25,226 nucleotides of DNA from a virus (Duplodnaviria > Caudoviricetes). Location of the stretch: positions 1-25,226 of the IMG/VR virus record IMGVR_UViG_3300005980_000015; one strand, 5' to 3'. Shown here one piece after another: positions 7,974-14,890 of this stretch. Numbering within the stretch: position 1 is the stretch's first letter; every line of letters starts with the position of its first letter. A program made the translations under genes and the position numbers. Under the pieces are notes generated by a model, which had not been told where the DNA came from, did no database searches, and saw only the letters and a program-made list of their open reading frames with translations.

Positions 7974-8083
7974 TGGCGCCTCACTTCGATGTCGTCGAGG
8001 GAGGGTGCGCACATCAATGCGCCGAGGCACACGAGGGCAGGAGAGGCGATCAGGATTACGGCGATTGCGATTGTCCAGTTCAT
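7970..8083 (-). CDS. 37-aa hydrophobic (single TM) peptide, absent from the ORF track
   Basis: MNWTIAIAVILIASPALVCLGALMCAPSLDDIEVRRH. SD GAGGGG, starts 1 nt after the resolvase stop, and its stop overlaps the next start. Confidence 0.55.
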   Translation of the reverse strand: MNWTIAIAVILIASPALVCLGALMCAPSLDDIEVRRH

Positions 8084-8084
8084 G

Positions 8085-8540
8085 CTATTTCCCCTCGATG
8101 TGCCGCGCCAGCGCCAGGATGGCGAGAGCGTCGGCGTGGTTGTCGTCGACCGGCGTGAAGCCCTTTGCGCGGGCGGTAGCCACCATCATTTCCTTGTTGG
8201 CATTGCCCTTGCCGGTCCAGTGCTTTTTGATTTCGCCCACACCCACCGGATTCATGGCCACGTGATTGGTCACGCACCAGGCCTGCAGCATGGCGAGGAA
8301 GCCGCCGTATGCGTGGGCGGCCAGCACGCCCTCGTGGCGCTTTACGTGCTCGAAGTAGACGGTGTGCACGCCGCCGGCAGCGCGCGCTTTCTCGGTCAGG
8401 AACTGGCGGAAGGCAAGCCAGCGGTGGCCGTGGCTGCCGTGCTTCGACGGGGCGAAGTTCTCGCTGCCGCCTGCGACGGCGCCGGCGGCGCTGATGGCCC
8501 AGCCGCATTGGGTGCCAAGGTCGATGGCGAGGATGTTCAT
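8085..8540 (-). CDS. RuvC-like Holliday junction resolvase
   Basis: Start MNILAIDLGTQCGWA (ATGA overlap). Acidic motifs IDLG, YFE, DDNHADA, plus KKHWTGKGNANK. Confidence 0.85.
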   Translation of the reverse strand: MNILAIDLGTQCGWAISAAGAVAGGSENFAPSKHGSHGHRWLAFRQFLTEKARAAGGVHTVYFEHVKRHEGVLAAHAYGGFLAMLQAWCVTNHVAMNPVGVGEIKKHWTGKGNANKEMMVATARAKGFTPVDDNHADALAILALARHIEGK

Positions 8541-9082
8541 GCGGCGGCGGCCCAGGCCTGCTGCGCCAGCATCTGCCTCTGGGTATCGGTAGCACCCGAT
8601 GGGATCTTGGCTACTACCGTGCGCGGTGCATATGGGAATGTCACCGGCTGGCGGCTGTGGTAGCTCGTGAACCGATCCCCATCGGTGTCCTCGAACACCA
8701 CCGCATCGATGTCGTACACCGTACCATCGGCGTTCTTGAAGACGTGGCTGCAGCGCTTGTTCTGCCAACGGGTCTCGCCCATCATGTCGCCGTGATCGAA
8801 CCATTCCGAGTCGGCGCCGGTCAGCGGCCCGAGTGGCTTGAACGCTGCGACCTTGTCGAACAGCTGCCGGCAGAACGATGCGCTAAAGCCGCTGTGGCCC
8901 TGCGCCGAGAACACGCGGGAGAGGTCGACCACGTCATCGGCCATTTGCTGGTTCATGTCGTCGCCATCGAAGTAGCCGGCGGCCTCGAGCTCGGTGCGGG
9001 TGTGTGCTACAAGGTTGCCATCGCGACTACGAAGGATGCGCCAAGCCAGCTGCGCCCGCTCGATCAGTTCTTTGGTTTTCAT
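8537..9082 (-). CDS. Conserved phage hypothetical protein
   Basis: 181 aa, SD AAGGGGG. Motifs FSAQGHSGFSA, PLTGADSEW, QNKRCSHVFK. Confidence 0.75.
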   Translation of the reverse strand: MKTKELIERAQLAWRILRSRDGNLVAHTRTELEAAGYFDGDDMNQQMADDVVDLSRVFSAQGHSGFSASFCRQLFDKVAAFKPLGPLTGADSEWFDHGDMMGETRWQNKRCSHVFKNADGTVYDIDAVVFEDTDGDRFTSYHSRQPVTFPYAPRTVVAKIPSGATDTQRQMLAQQAWAAAA

Positions 9083-9149
9083 CGTGTCCCCCTTGGTGCT
9101 GCGGTTATGCGCTCGCGCGCGAATTGGTCTTACGTTGCAAATCTGTCAG

Positions 9150-9614
9150 CTAGGCCGGGAAGGCGAACTCGTAAGCCGCGACTGTTCCTTGCTGGCCTAC
9201 GCCTGGCAGCTGCGGCTCTCGTCGATCAGCCACCTCACGGATGATCCCGACCAGGGCGGTCTCCAGGCGCATCGTCCAAAGCATCCGGCTCTCGGTGCCG
9301 TTCCACTGCAGGTCAGGCCGCTTCGCTTCGGCGATGTCGCCGTAAATGCGTGCGTAGACGTTCGGCCACTCGGGTGCGCCCTTGCGATAGCGCTTGCAGT
9401 CGACGATGGCGTTGACCAGCCAGGGATGGCGGCGCAGCTCGGCGGTGATCACCTGGGCCCGCCCGGGTTCGGAGCTGTTGTGCATCGAGCACCACCAGTC
9501 GTCGGTACCGGTCGTGCTGTTGCTGGACGTGCCAGGGAAGGGGCAACCGTAGGCAGCGCACAAGCCAGCCTTGCGGCGCTCCCCTTCGACTTCGTGATGC
9601 AGATCGGTGCTCAT
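9150..9614 (-). CDS. Hypothetical protein downstream of initiator (Cys/His motif)
   Basis: 154 aa, ATGA-coupled to the initiator. CAAYGC...WWCSMH is a possible Zn site. Confidence 0.7.
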   Translation of the reverse strand: MSTDLHHEVEGERRKAGLCAAYGCPFPGTSSNSTTGTDDWWCSMHNSSEPGRAQVITAELRRHPWLVNAIVDCKRYRKGAPEWPNVYARIYGDIAEAKRPDLQWNGTESRMLWTMRLETALVGIIREVADRREPQLPGVGQQGTVAAYEFAFPA

Positions 9615-10564
9615 GCTTTCGCCTTTCGCTTGTCGATTTCGAGTTGGATGCGGGCGGCGAAGTCGGCATAGGATTCGCCACCGCGGGCGAACATGCCCAG
9701 TTCACGGCCCTTGGCCTCGATGCCGGTGTTGCTGCGCTTCCACGCCCACTGGTCCGATTTCGGTACCTTCGGCGCCGGCGGGTTGAGCAGGCGCTCGATG
9801 ATCGGCTTGAGGTAGTTCACGTGCACCCGGCCGTTGGAATTCGATTCCTTCGCCTCGGCCACGGCAGTGCGCAGCAGCTCGTCGGTGGCGCCGGGGTTCG
9901 ATGGCCACTCGTGCTGGCTGAGGGCGTTGGGGCTCGTGTTCACCCCGAAACTGCGCAGCAGGATGCAGATTTCACCAATCCTCGTCGGACTTCCCCCTTG
10001 CGGCGGAACGGCGCCTACTTCGGTAGATCCGTCGGGGTGGTGGTTTACTTCTTCTGGTGATTGGTGATTGGGTAGTGGTGGTTGGGTTAACGTGTCGTCA
10101 CGCGTGACATCATCGTGACTGTCACGCTTTGTCACGCGTGACAGTTGTGCCTCAAGCTGCTTCGAAGGGGTATTGAACTCAGGCACGATGCCGTGTTCGC
10201 GCAGCTGGTCAAACAGCGCCTGCCGGCGCGCGCGGGCGCGCTGCTGCCTGACCTTGGCGCTTTCGCGTTTCGATTCCTCGGCAGGTTGACGGTCCCAATA
10301 TTCCTCGATCAGGATCTGGGCGCGCTTCTGCATGTAGCCGTCGTCGGTCTGGTGGAAAAATTTTCCAAGCACATAATCGACGGCCTTGCGTTCGGCCAAG
10401 GTGGTAGCCCGAGCTACCCGGTAGACTTCCTTTTTATCGAGGGGCAGGGCGCGTTCGGTCTGGTACACCTGGTCGAGCAGGCGGTTGTAGGCGCCGTCTT
10501 CCAGCATGGACAGGCTGACTGTGTCCCGGATGAAATCGCCGATGTGCTTCTCGTAGTAATTCAT
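9611..10564 (-). CDS. Replication initiator (YdaU/DUF1376 family, lambda O analogue)
   Basis: Start MNYYEKHIGDFIRDTVSLSMLEDGAYNRLLD at 10564 is the DUF1376 signature. 317 aa with internal iterons. Confidence 0.85.
   Translation of the reverse strand: MNYYEKHIGDFIRDTVSLSMLEDGAYNRLLDQVYQTERALPLDKKEVYRVARATTLAERKAVDYVLGKFFHQTDDGYMQKRAQILIEEYWDRQPAEESKRESAKVRQQRARARRQALFDQLREHGIVPEFNTPSKQLEAQLSRVTKRDSHDDVTRDDTLTQPPLPNHQSPEEVNHHPDGSTEVGAVPPQGGSPTRIGEICILLRSFGVNTSPNALSQHEWPSNPGATDELLRTAVAEAKESNSNGRVHVNYLKPIIERLLNPPAPKVPKSDQWAWKRSNTGIEAKGRELGMFARGGESYADFAARIQLEIDKRKAKA
10097..10143. repeat. Iteron cluster / putative phage replication origin
   Basis: GTCACGCGTGAC (10097-10108), CGTGACTGTCACG (10114-10126) and TGTCACGCGTGACA (10130-10143): six GTCACG half-sites, next to a strand-biased TGGTGATTGGTGATTGGG tract. 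Confidence 0.75.
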
Positions 10565-10701
10565 GGCCGACGTTTCACCAGGTTGGCGCGATAAAGCGTT
10601 TTGAGGACGGCCGCAGCTGTGCGGCGCGCGCGGGCGGCGCGGCGATGCTCGGCCAGCACCAGCTGCTCGACTGCGGTGTGCGGAGCCGGAATATTGATCA
10701 A
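10561..10701 (-). CDS. 46-aa basic protein
   Basis: TTG start with SD GGAGG, coupled on both sides (TTGA and ATGA). MINIPAPHTAVEQLVLAEHRRAARARR... Confidence 0.6.
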   Translation of the reverse strand: MINIPAPHTAVEQLVLAEHRRAARARRTAAAVLKTLYRANLVKRRP

Positions 10702-11144
10702 GTGGCCTCCCACAACGATTTTTGGCCGCGCAGAATTTCGGCGGTGTCCACTCGCGGCCGGGCCGGCGTATTCCAATTCCCACCACCACGCTGGCCGATC
10801 AAGAGCCAACCCGCCGCCCGCAAGCTGGCCCCGCCTTCGTTTTGGAGGGTGTAAGTGATCAAGCGACGGAAACCCATTGCCTTGGCCGCGCGCCATGCAG
10901 CTCCGTAAAGCATCGAACACGCATTGCGGGTCCCATCTGTGCAGCACCGGTTCACTTCGAGCGTCCATCCGTCATCGAGGCTTCGCGCGACGGGCCGACC
11001 GATTACAGCAACGCCGTGAACAATGGCGTTTGTAGCGATCGCGATACTGAATTTATGGCCCACAACCGGTTGATGATGTCGGTGATGCCGCGCAACGAAT
11101 GCATTTGCCTCGTCGAGCGTGATTGGCACGACCTTTAAGCTCAT
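10698..11144 (-). CDS. XF1762-family protein (possible Mom-like GNAT fold)
   Basis: EANAFVARHHRHH.P, GVAVIGRPVAR.LDDG.TLEVNR, NACSMLYGAAWRAAKAMG...ITYTL..EGGASLRAAGW. Confidence 0.7.
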   Translation of the reverse strand: MSLKVVPITLDEANAFVARHHRHHQPVVGHKFSIAIATNAIVHGVAVIGRPVARSLDDGWTLEVNRCCTDGTRNACSMLYGAAWRAAKAMGFRRLITYTLQNEGGASLRAAGWLLIGQRGGGNWNTPARPRVDTAEILRGQKSLWEAT

Positions 11145-11338
11145 ACCGTCGCAGCCTCACGGGCCTGTTCATGCTCCACCCTGGCCAGCGCCGCGGCGTC
11201 GTCCCAGCCCTGCTGCCAGTCTGCGATCGCGCCGATCGAGCACCAGTTGAACGGATGATCGTTTCGGGGCACGCCCCGGGCGAAATCCGCGGCGCCTTTG
11301 TCGCGCAGTTGGGCGCGGGAGATGATTGGCTCGCTCAC
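11141..11338 (-). CDS. Small protein with RMF/CrpP-like motif
   Basis: G..DFARG.PRNDHPF......DWQQGW pattern. GTGA/ATGA coupling. Confidence 0.55.
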   Translation of the reverse strand: MSEPIISRAQLRDKGAADFARGVPRNDHPFNWCSIGAIADWQQGWDDAAALARVEHEQAREAATV

Positions 11339-11706
11339 GCCATCCCCGCTTTCTTCATGAGGCCCTGCAACGTCGCAAGTTGAGCCAGCAATTCAGCCTG
11401 CGCGGCATCGCGTCGAGCGCCTTTGTCAGCCAGGAAACGCTCGGCCAAATAGTGAATCGGTGTGAAGTCGCCAGTCCGCTCAATGTAGAGCTCCAGCGAG
11501 TCGACGCTAAAGTGACGCGAGGGATCTTCACTCAACTGCACCGAAAGGTTGCTTGGCGCCGAGTCGAGTTCAATCGCAATGCGTTTGAGGCCCCTCTGGT
11601 AGACGCCAGTGGCCACACATTCGCGCAGCGAGCTGTATCGCTCAACCAAGCCTGGTTCGAAGTCCAGTACAAGTTGGGAGGGTGCTTTGATAACGCCTGA
11701 TCTCAT
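11335..11706 (-). CDS. CII-like transcriptional activator
   Basis: Immediately downstream of cro. HTH LKRIAIELDSAPSNLSVQLS, SD GGAG. Confidence 0.65.
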   Translation of the reverse strand: MRSGVIKAPSQLVLDFEPGLVERYSSLRECVATGVYQRGLKRIAIELDSAPSNLSVQLSEDPSRHFSVDSLELYIERTGDFTPIHYLAERFLADKGARRDAAQAELLAQLATLQGLMKKAGMA

Positions 11707-11709
11707 CTG

Positions 11710-11742
11710 TTATCTCCAGTTATCAATGGGGTGCGCGAAAAT
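11710..11742 (+). promoter_or_regulatory. Putative pRE with CII-type direct repeat
   Basis: TTAT-CTCCAG-TTAT (11710-11723), with GAAAAT exactly 17 nt after the central hexamer. Confidence 0.5.
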
Positions 11743-11763
11743 GCAACTTGTTTCCAAGTTGCA
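11737..11763 (-). terminator. tR1-like hairpin between cro and cII
   Basis: Minus strand TGCAACTTG-GAAA-CAAGTTGCA then TTTTC; perfect 9-bp stem. Confidence 0.6.
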
Positions 11764-11802
11764 ATCTTGTGGACGTGGGGGTACAACGCGACGTCATACC
11801 GT

Positions 11803-12030
11803 TCAGTCCGAGATGGGATGACGGCAACCGGCGGCGAACATGTCTGCGCAGTCCTGCGGAGTCACCGCGCCGGCCGTCTCGCGCTCGATTTGAAGTGCGT
11901 AGTCGAGCGTGATGCGAGTGACACCTCGGACCCATTGACTTACGAGACCTTGCGATGCTGGGGGTGTCAGGCGTTTGCCGAAATCCCCCTGGCTCTGCTT
12001 CGTTTCTTTTAGGTGTTCTTCGAGTTGCAT
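11803..12030 (-). CDS. cro: Cro-like repressor (YdaS family)
   Basis: Start MQLEEHL at 12030, 75 aa. HTH SQGDFGKRL...SQGLVSQWVRG and IERETAGAVT motif. Divergent from cI. Confidence 0.85.
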   Translation of the reverse strand: MQLEEHLKETKQSQGDFGKRLTPPASQGLVSQWVRGVTRITLDYALQIERETAGAVTPQDCADMFAAGCRHPISD

Positions 12031-12047
12031 GTCAGCTTCCAAAAAAT

Positions 12048-12129
12048 AAGAGCAATACTCCTGTTGCTGACATTCTACATTAGAAGCGTTGCTTTTCAAG
12101 TGCTGACGAAAATAAAAAGTATCACTAAT
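12048..12129. promoter_or_regulatory. Right operator, three sites
   Basis: aagAGCaatACTcct (12048-12062), agaAGCgttGCTttt (12082-12096), aaaAGTatcACTaat (12115-12129). The same motif recurs at OL. Confidence 0.75.
12072..12099 (-). promoter_or_regulatory. pR promoter
   Basis: TTGAAA, 16 nt spacer, TAGAAT; overlapped by the middle operator. Confidence 0.65.
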
Positions 12130-12140
12130 AAAATACGGGT

Positions 12141-12872
12141 ATGAAACGACGCGAACTTACAATCGAAGAAGTGCAGGAGGCGGAGCGCCTTGGCGCCGCA
12201 TGGTCAGCGTTCAAAGCAGCCAACAAGGGCGCGACCCAAGAATGGCTGGGCCGGGAGACTGGGATCGGATCGCAGGGCGCGGTAGGTCAGTATCTTCGTG
12301 GCGTGATTCCGCTAAACATCGAGGCGCTGATGGCCTTTTGTCGCGTGCTTGGTGCCGATCCCCAGTTCGTGAGCCCACGCCTGGCCGACAAAGTCAATCT
12401 GTCGACAATCCCTGGATCGAGACAAGTTGTCGCTGTCGACGATGACGACCCGGTCTTCGTGCAGATTCCGATGGTGAAGTTGCGCCTGCAGGCGGGCGTG
12501 ACTGGGTTTCAAACTGAACCCGACCGTCGCGAAGGAGGGACGCTTGGAATTCGTCGCTCCTGGCTCGATCGTTCAAAACTGAACCCCAATTTCTTGATTG
12601 CCATCCAGGTCAAAGGCGACAGCATGGAGCCATCGCTCTATGAGGATGATGTGGTGATTTTGAACACTTCCGATAAGCGGCCCGTCGACGGGGCTGTTTT
12701 TGCAGTGAATTACGAGGGGGAGGCAATGGTGAAGCGTTTTGCCCGTGACGCAGGTGATTGGTGGCTCACATCAGATAACCCGGACCAGCGGAAACATCAT
12801 CGGAAAATTTGCCGTGGCGACAGCTGCATCGTCATTGGGCGAGTGGTTCGCAAAGAGAGTGATCGGATTTGA
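12141..12872 (+). CDS. cI: CI-like repressor (HTH + S24 peptidase)
   Basis: HTH TQEWLGRETGIGSQGAVGQYL, cleavage-site-like LQAG, catalytic GDSMEP and MVKR. Confidence 0.95.
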   Translation: MKRRELTIEEVQEAERLGAAWSAFKAANKGATQEWLGRETGIGSQGAVGQYLRGVIPLNIEALMAFCRVLGADPQFVSPRLADKVNLSTIPGSRQVVAVDDDDPVFVQIPMVKLRLQAGVTGFQTEPDRREGGTLGIRRSWLDRSKLNPNFLIAIQVKGDSMEPSLYEDDVVILNTSDKRPVDGAVFAVNYEGEAMVKRFARDAGDWWLTSDNPDQRKHHRKICRGDSCIVIGRVVRKESDRI

Positions 12873-12873
12873 T

Positions 12874-13287
12874 ATGCGAAGCGCCTTTCTTAAAGTCGCC
12901 ACCTCGCTTATTTCGCTTTTTACGAGCGCGGCCGTGTTATCTCAACCGGGCTATAGACTACTGGAGAAACCGAAAGCGGTAGATGATTTTCTTTCGTTGA
13001 TCCCTGCGCGTGAAAGCAATCTGGCTGCCGTTATGCGCACCTACGGGTTACGCGCTTCTAGCATCGCGATATCGCCCGTAACAACTGATGATGTCAATGA
13101 TGGAACTTTCTTGAATAAAAAAGGCGATATCTCCGTGACGATCGATCTCGTCGAGCCGGTAATGGCAAGCGCCGAGTGCCCCGTCCAGCAGCCGATCTAC
13201 TTGACCAGGAGGGGCGGGAGGTATCTTGCCGACACCAGGACCGCAAATTTTCTACTTCATCGTGTCTGCGAAGCCCCGAACCGTTAA
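12874..13287 (+). CDS. Putative exported protein co-transcribed with cI
   Basis: ATG 1 nt after the cI stop, 137 aa. Signal-peptide-like MRSAFLKVATSLISLFTSAAVLS, two Cys, visibly lower GC. Confidence 0.65.
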   Translation: MRSAFLKVATSLISLFTSAAVLSQPGYRLLEKPKAVDDFLSLIPARESNLAAVMRTYGLRASSIAISPVTTDDVNDGTFLNKKGDISVTIDLVEPVMASAECPVQQPIYLTRRGGRYLADTRTANFLLHRVCEAPNR

Positions 13288-13307
13288 GTTCTTAATTCAG
13301 TAAGGCC

Positions 13308-13331
13308 AGCCCGCCGTGAGCGGGCTTTTTT
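13308..13331 (+). terminator. Intrinsic terminator closing the immunity transcript
   Basis: AGCCCGC-CGTGA-GCGGGCT followed by TTTTT. Confidence 0.85.
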
Positions 13332-13372
13332 ACGTCCACCCAATTTGCAGGCAGAAATATTTTTCAGAAAAT

Positions 13373-13414
13373 AGAAGCAATGCTCTTGACAACGATAGGA
13401 GCAACACTAATACT
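13373..13414 (+). promoter_or_regulatory. pL promoter with two OL operators
   Basis: TTGACA (13386-13391), 17 nt spacer, AATACT (13409-13414). Operators agaAGCaatGCTctt (13373-13387) and aggAGCaacACTaat (13397-13411). Confidence 0.8.
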
Positions 13415-13483
13415 GTGTCCATGTTGAGACGGCCTGAACTAGCCCGAAACCACCTGACAACTGCCGCAAACCAGGAGACAAGC

Positions 13484-13873
13484 ATGCGACTTCCAGACAA
13501 TCCACACCTCGCCACCGACCGCGCCCACGAGCAGCTGGGCGAAGCTGGCGAAGCCTACCGAAACGCCCTGGACGCCGAGACCGTCCGCCACCAGAAGGCC
13601 ATCCGCACCAACGCCCTGGCCGGCCATCAGCAGACTTTGGGCCGCCTGGCCGAACGCCTCCAGGATCGCTTGGTGGGCGAGGGTGTCACCGAACACCTGA
13701 TCCGCGCGGCGCTGTCCTGCGGCCCGCTGACGGCCGGGAACATGCTGCTCGACCTGATCGGCAAGTGCATCGAGGACCACGCTGATGCGGGCGCCACGGT
13801 CGAACTGGCAGGTGGCATGGATTTCAACGCGATGCGCGCTGCGGCGCCTGCAGAATGCGTGGTGCCAGCATGA
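13484..13873 (+). CDS. First pL gene, hypothetical
   Basis: SD AGGAG before MRLPDNP; 129 aa. Confidence 0.7.
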   Translation: MRLPDNPHLATDRAHEQLGEAGEAYRNALDAETVRHQKAIRTNALAGHQQTLGRLAERLQDRLVGEGVTEHLIRAALSCGPLTAGNMLLDLIGKCIEDHADAGATVELAGGMDFNAMRAAAPAECVVPA

Positions 13874-14193
13874 GCCGCGTCACCTTCGAGACCAAGCTGT
13901 GGTCGACCGACTATACCTATCTTACCCCCGAGCAAATGCAGACTGCAGAGGGTGCCGCGCTGCTGAGCGCTAGCCCCAGCGACATGAGCACGGTGGGCTG
14001 GACGCAGGTCGGCACGGCCACCGTCACGGCCGAGATATTCCCTGTTAAGGAAATGGTCGACAACAAGATCGCCGCGCTGCGCCAGCAGGCCGCCAACACG
14101 CGCGCCGAGGCCACGGCCAAGTGCACGCAGATCGAAGCGCAGATTCAGCAGCTGCTGGCCATCGAGAACAAGCCGAGCGAGGTGGAAGCGTGA
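13870..14193 (+). CDS. Phage hypothetical protein
   Basis: ATGA-coupled start MSRVTFE; C-terminal coiled coil ending IQQLLAIE. Confidence 0.75.
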   Translation: MSRVTFETKLWSTDYTYLTPEQMQTAEGAALLSASPSDMSTVGWTQVGTATVTAEIFPVKEMVDNKIAALRQQAANTRAEATAKCTQIEAQIQQLLAIENKPSEVEA

Positions 14194-14516
14194 GCGCGCA
14201 TACACCGGGCCCTTGGGAAATCGACTACGACACGCGGCCTGCTGACGTTTGCTGCGTTCACGGTCTGCCACCTTACGGTGAAGACAAGCAAAAATTCGCC
14301 TATGTGCGCGGCGCCATCGGCTACTGGGATGCGGACGAGGCCGAAAACTTGGCCAACATCCACCTGATCGCGGCCGCGCCGGAACTGCTGGCCGCGCTGC
14401 AATCGGCAGAAGCTTTCATCGCAGGCTTCGAAGGTGATGATCTTCAAGATGGGATCGACGCCAAGCTTGCCGACATCCGAGCCGCCATCGCCAAGGCCAT
14501 CGGGAGCGCATCGTGA
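14190..14516 (+). CDS. Phage hypothetical protein (HTPGPW family)
   Basis: GTGA-coupled. HTPGPW...ANIHLIAAAPELLAAL...RAAIAKA motif is common in phage early regions. Confidence 0.8.
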   Translation: MSAHTPGPWEIDYDTRPADVCCVHGLPPYGEDKQKFAYVRGAIGYWDADEAENLANIHLIAAAPELLAALQSAEAFIAGFEGDDLQDGIDAKLADIRAAIAKAIGSAS

Positions 14517-14728
14517 TCCGCCGCGCCCGCCGCGCCGCCGTGCGCATCTACCAGCGCCTCACCCGCCGCATGCGCCTGCGTGCCATCGAGCTGAGCATGC
14601 GCCGGTCCCGCGAAGAGCTGGCCCACTTGCACGACCTGCGCAACTACCTGGTGCAGATGGAAAAGCACCAGGTGGCGGCGCAGATCAGCCTGTCGATCCG
14701 CCGTCAACAGATCGAGCGCGAAGCATGA
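14513..14728 (+). CDS. Small basic hypothetical protein
   Basis: 71 aa, GTGA/ATGA coupling. Confidence 0.6.
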   Translation: MIRRARRAAVRIYQRLTRRMRLRAIELSMRRSREELAHLHDLRNYLVQMEKHQVAAQISLSIRRQQIEREA

Positions 14729-14862
14729 ACCGGATCCGCACCCGCACCAGGAATCCGATCAGCCGTGGCGTCGACGCGCTGTGGCGCGCTTGCGATCAGC
14801 GCCAGGCGCTTCCGCTGACGATCGTGGGCCTGCTGCTCGCCGTCGTCTGCGCCCTGAATTGA
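14725..14862 (+). CDS. 45-aa protein with C-terminal hydrophobic helix
   Basis: MNRIRTRTRNP...LPLTIVGLLLAVVCALN; ATGA-coupled. Confidence 0.55.
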   Translation: MNRIRTRTRNPISRGVDALWRACDQRQALPLTIVGLLLAVVCALN

Positions 14863-14890
14863 ATTTCCCCACCCACGAGAAAGCCAAAAA

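Noticed and set aside
11803-12030. YdaS/YdaT toxin-antitoxin annotation
   Set aside because: Position and operators indicate Cro; YdaS/YdaT are Cro/CII equivalents.
13449-13465. boxB/nut site after pL (GCCCGAAA at about 13442)
   Set aside because: No closing GGGC stem and no boxA.
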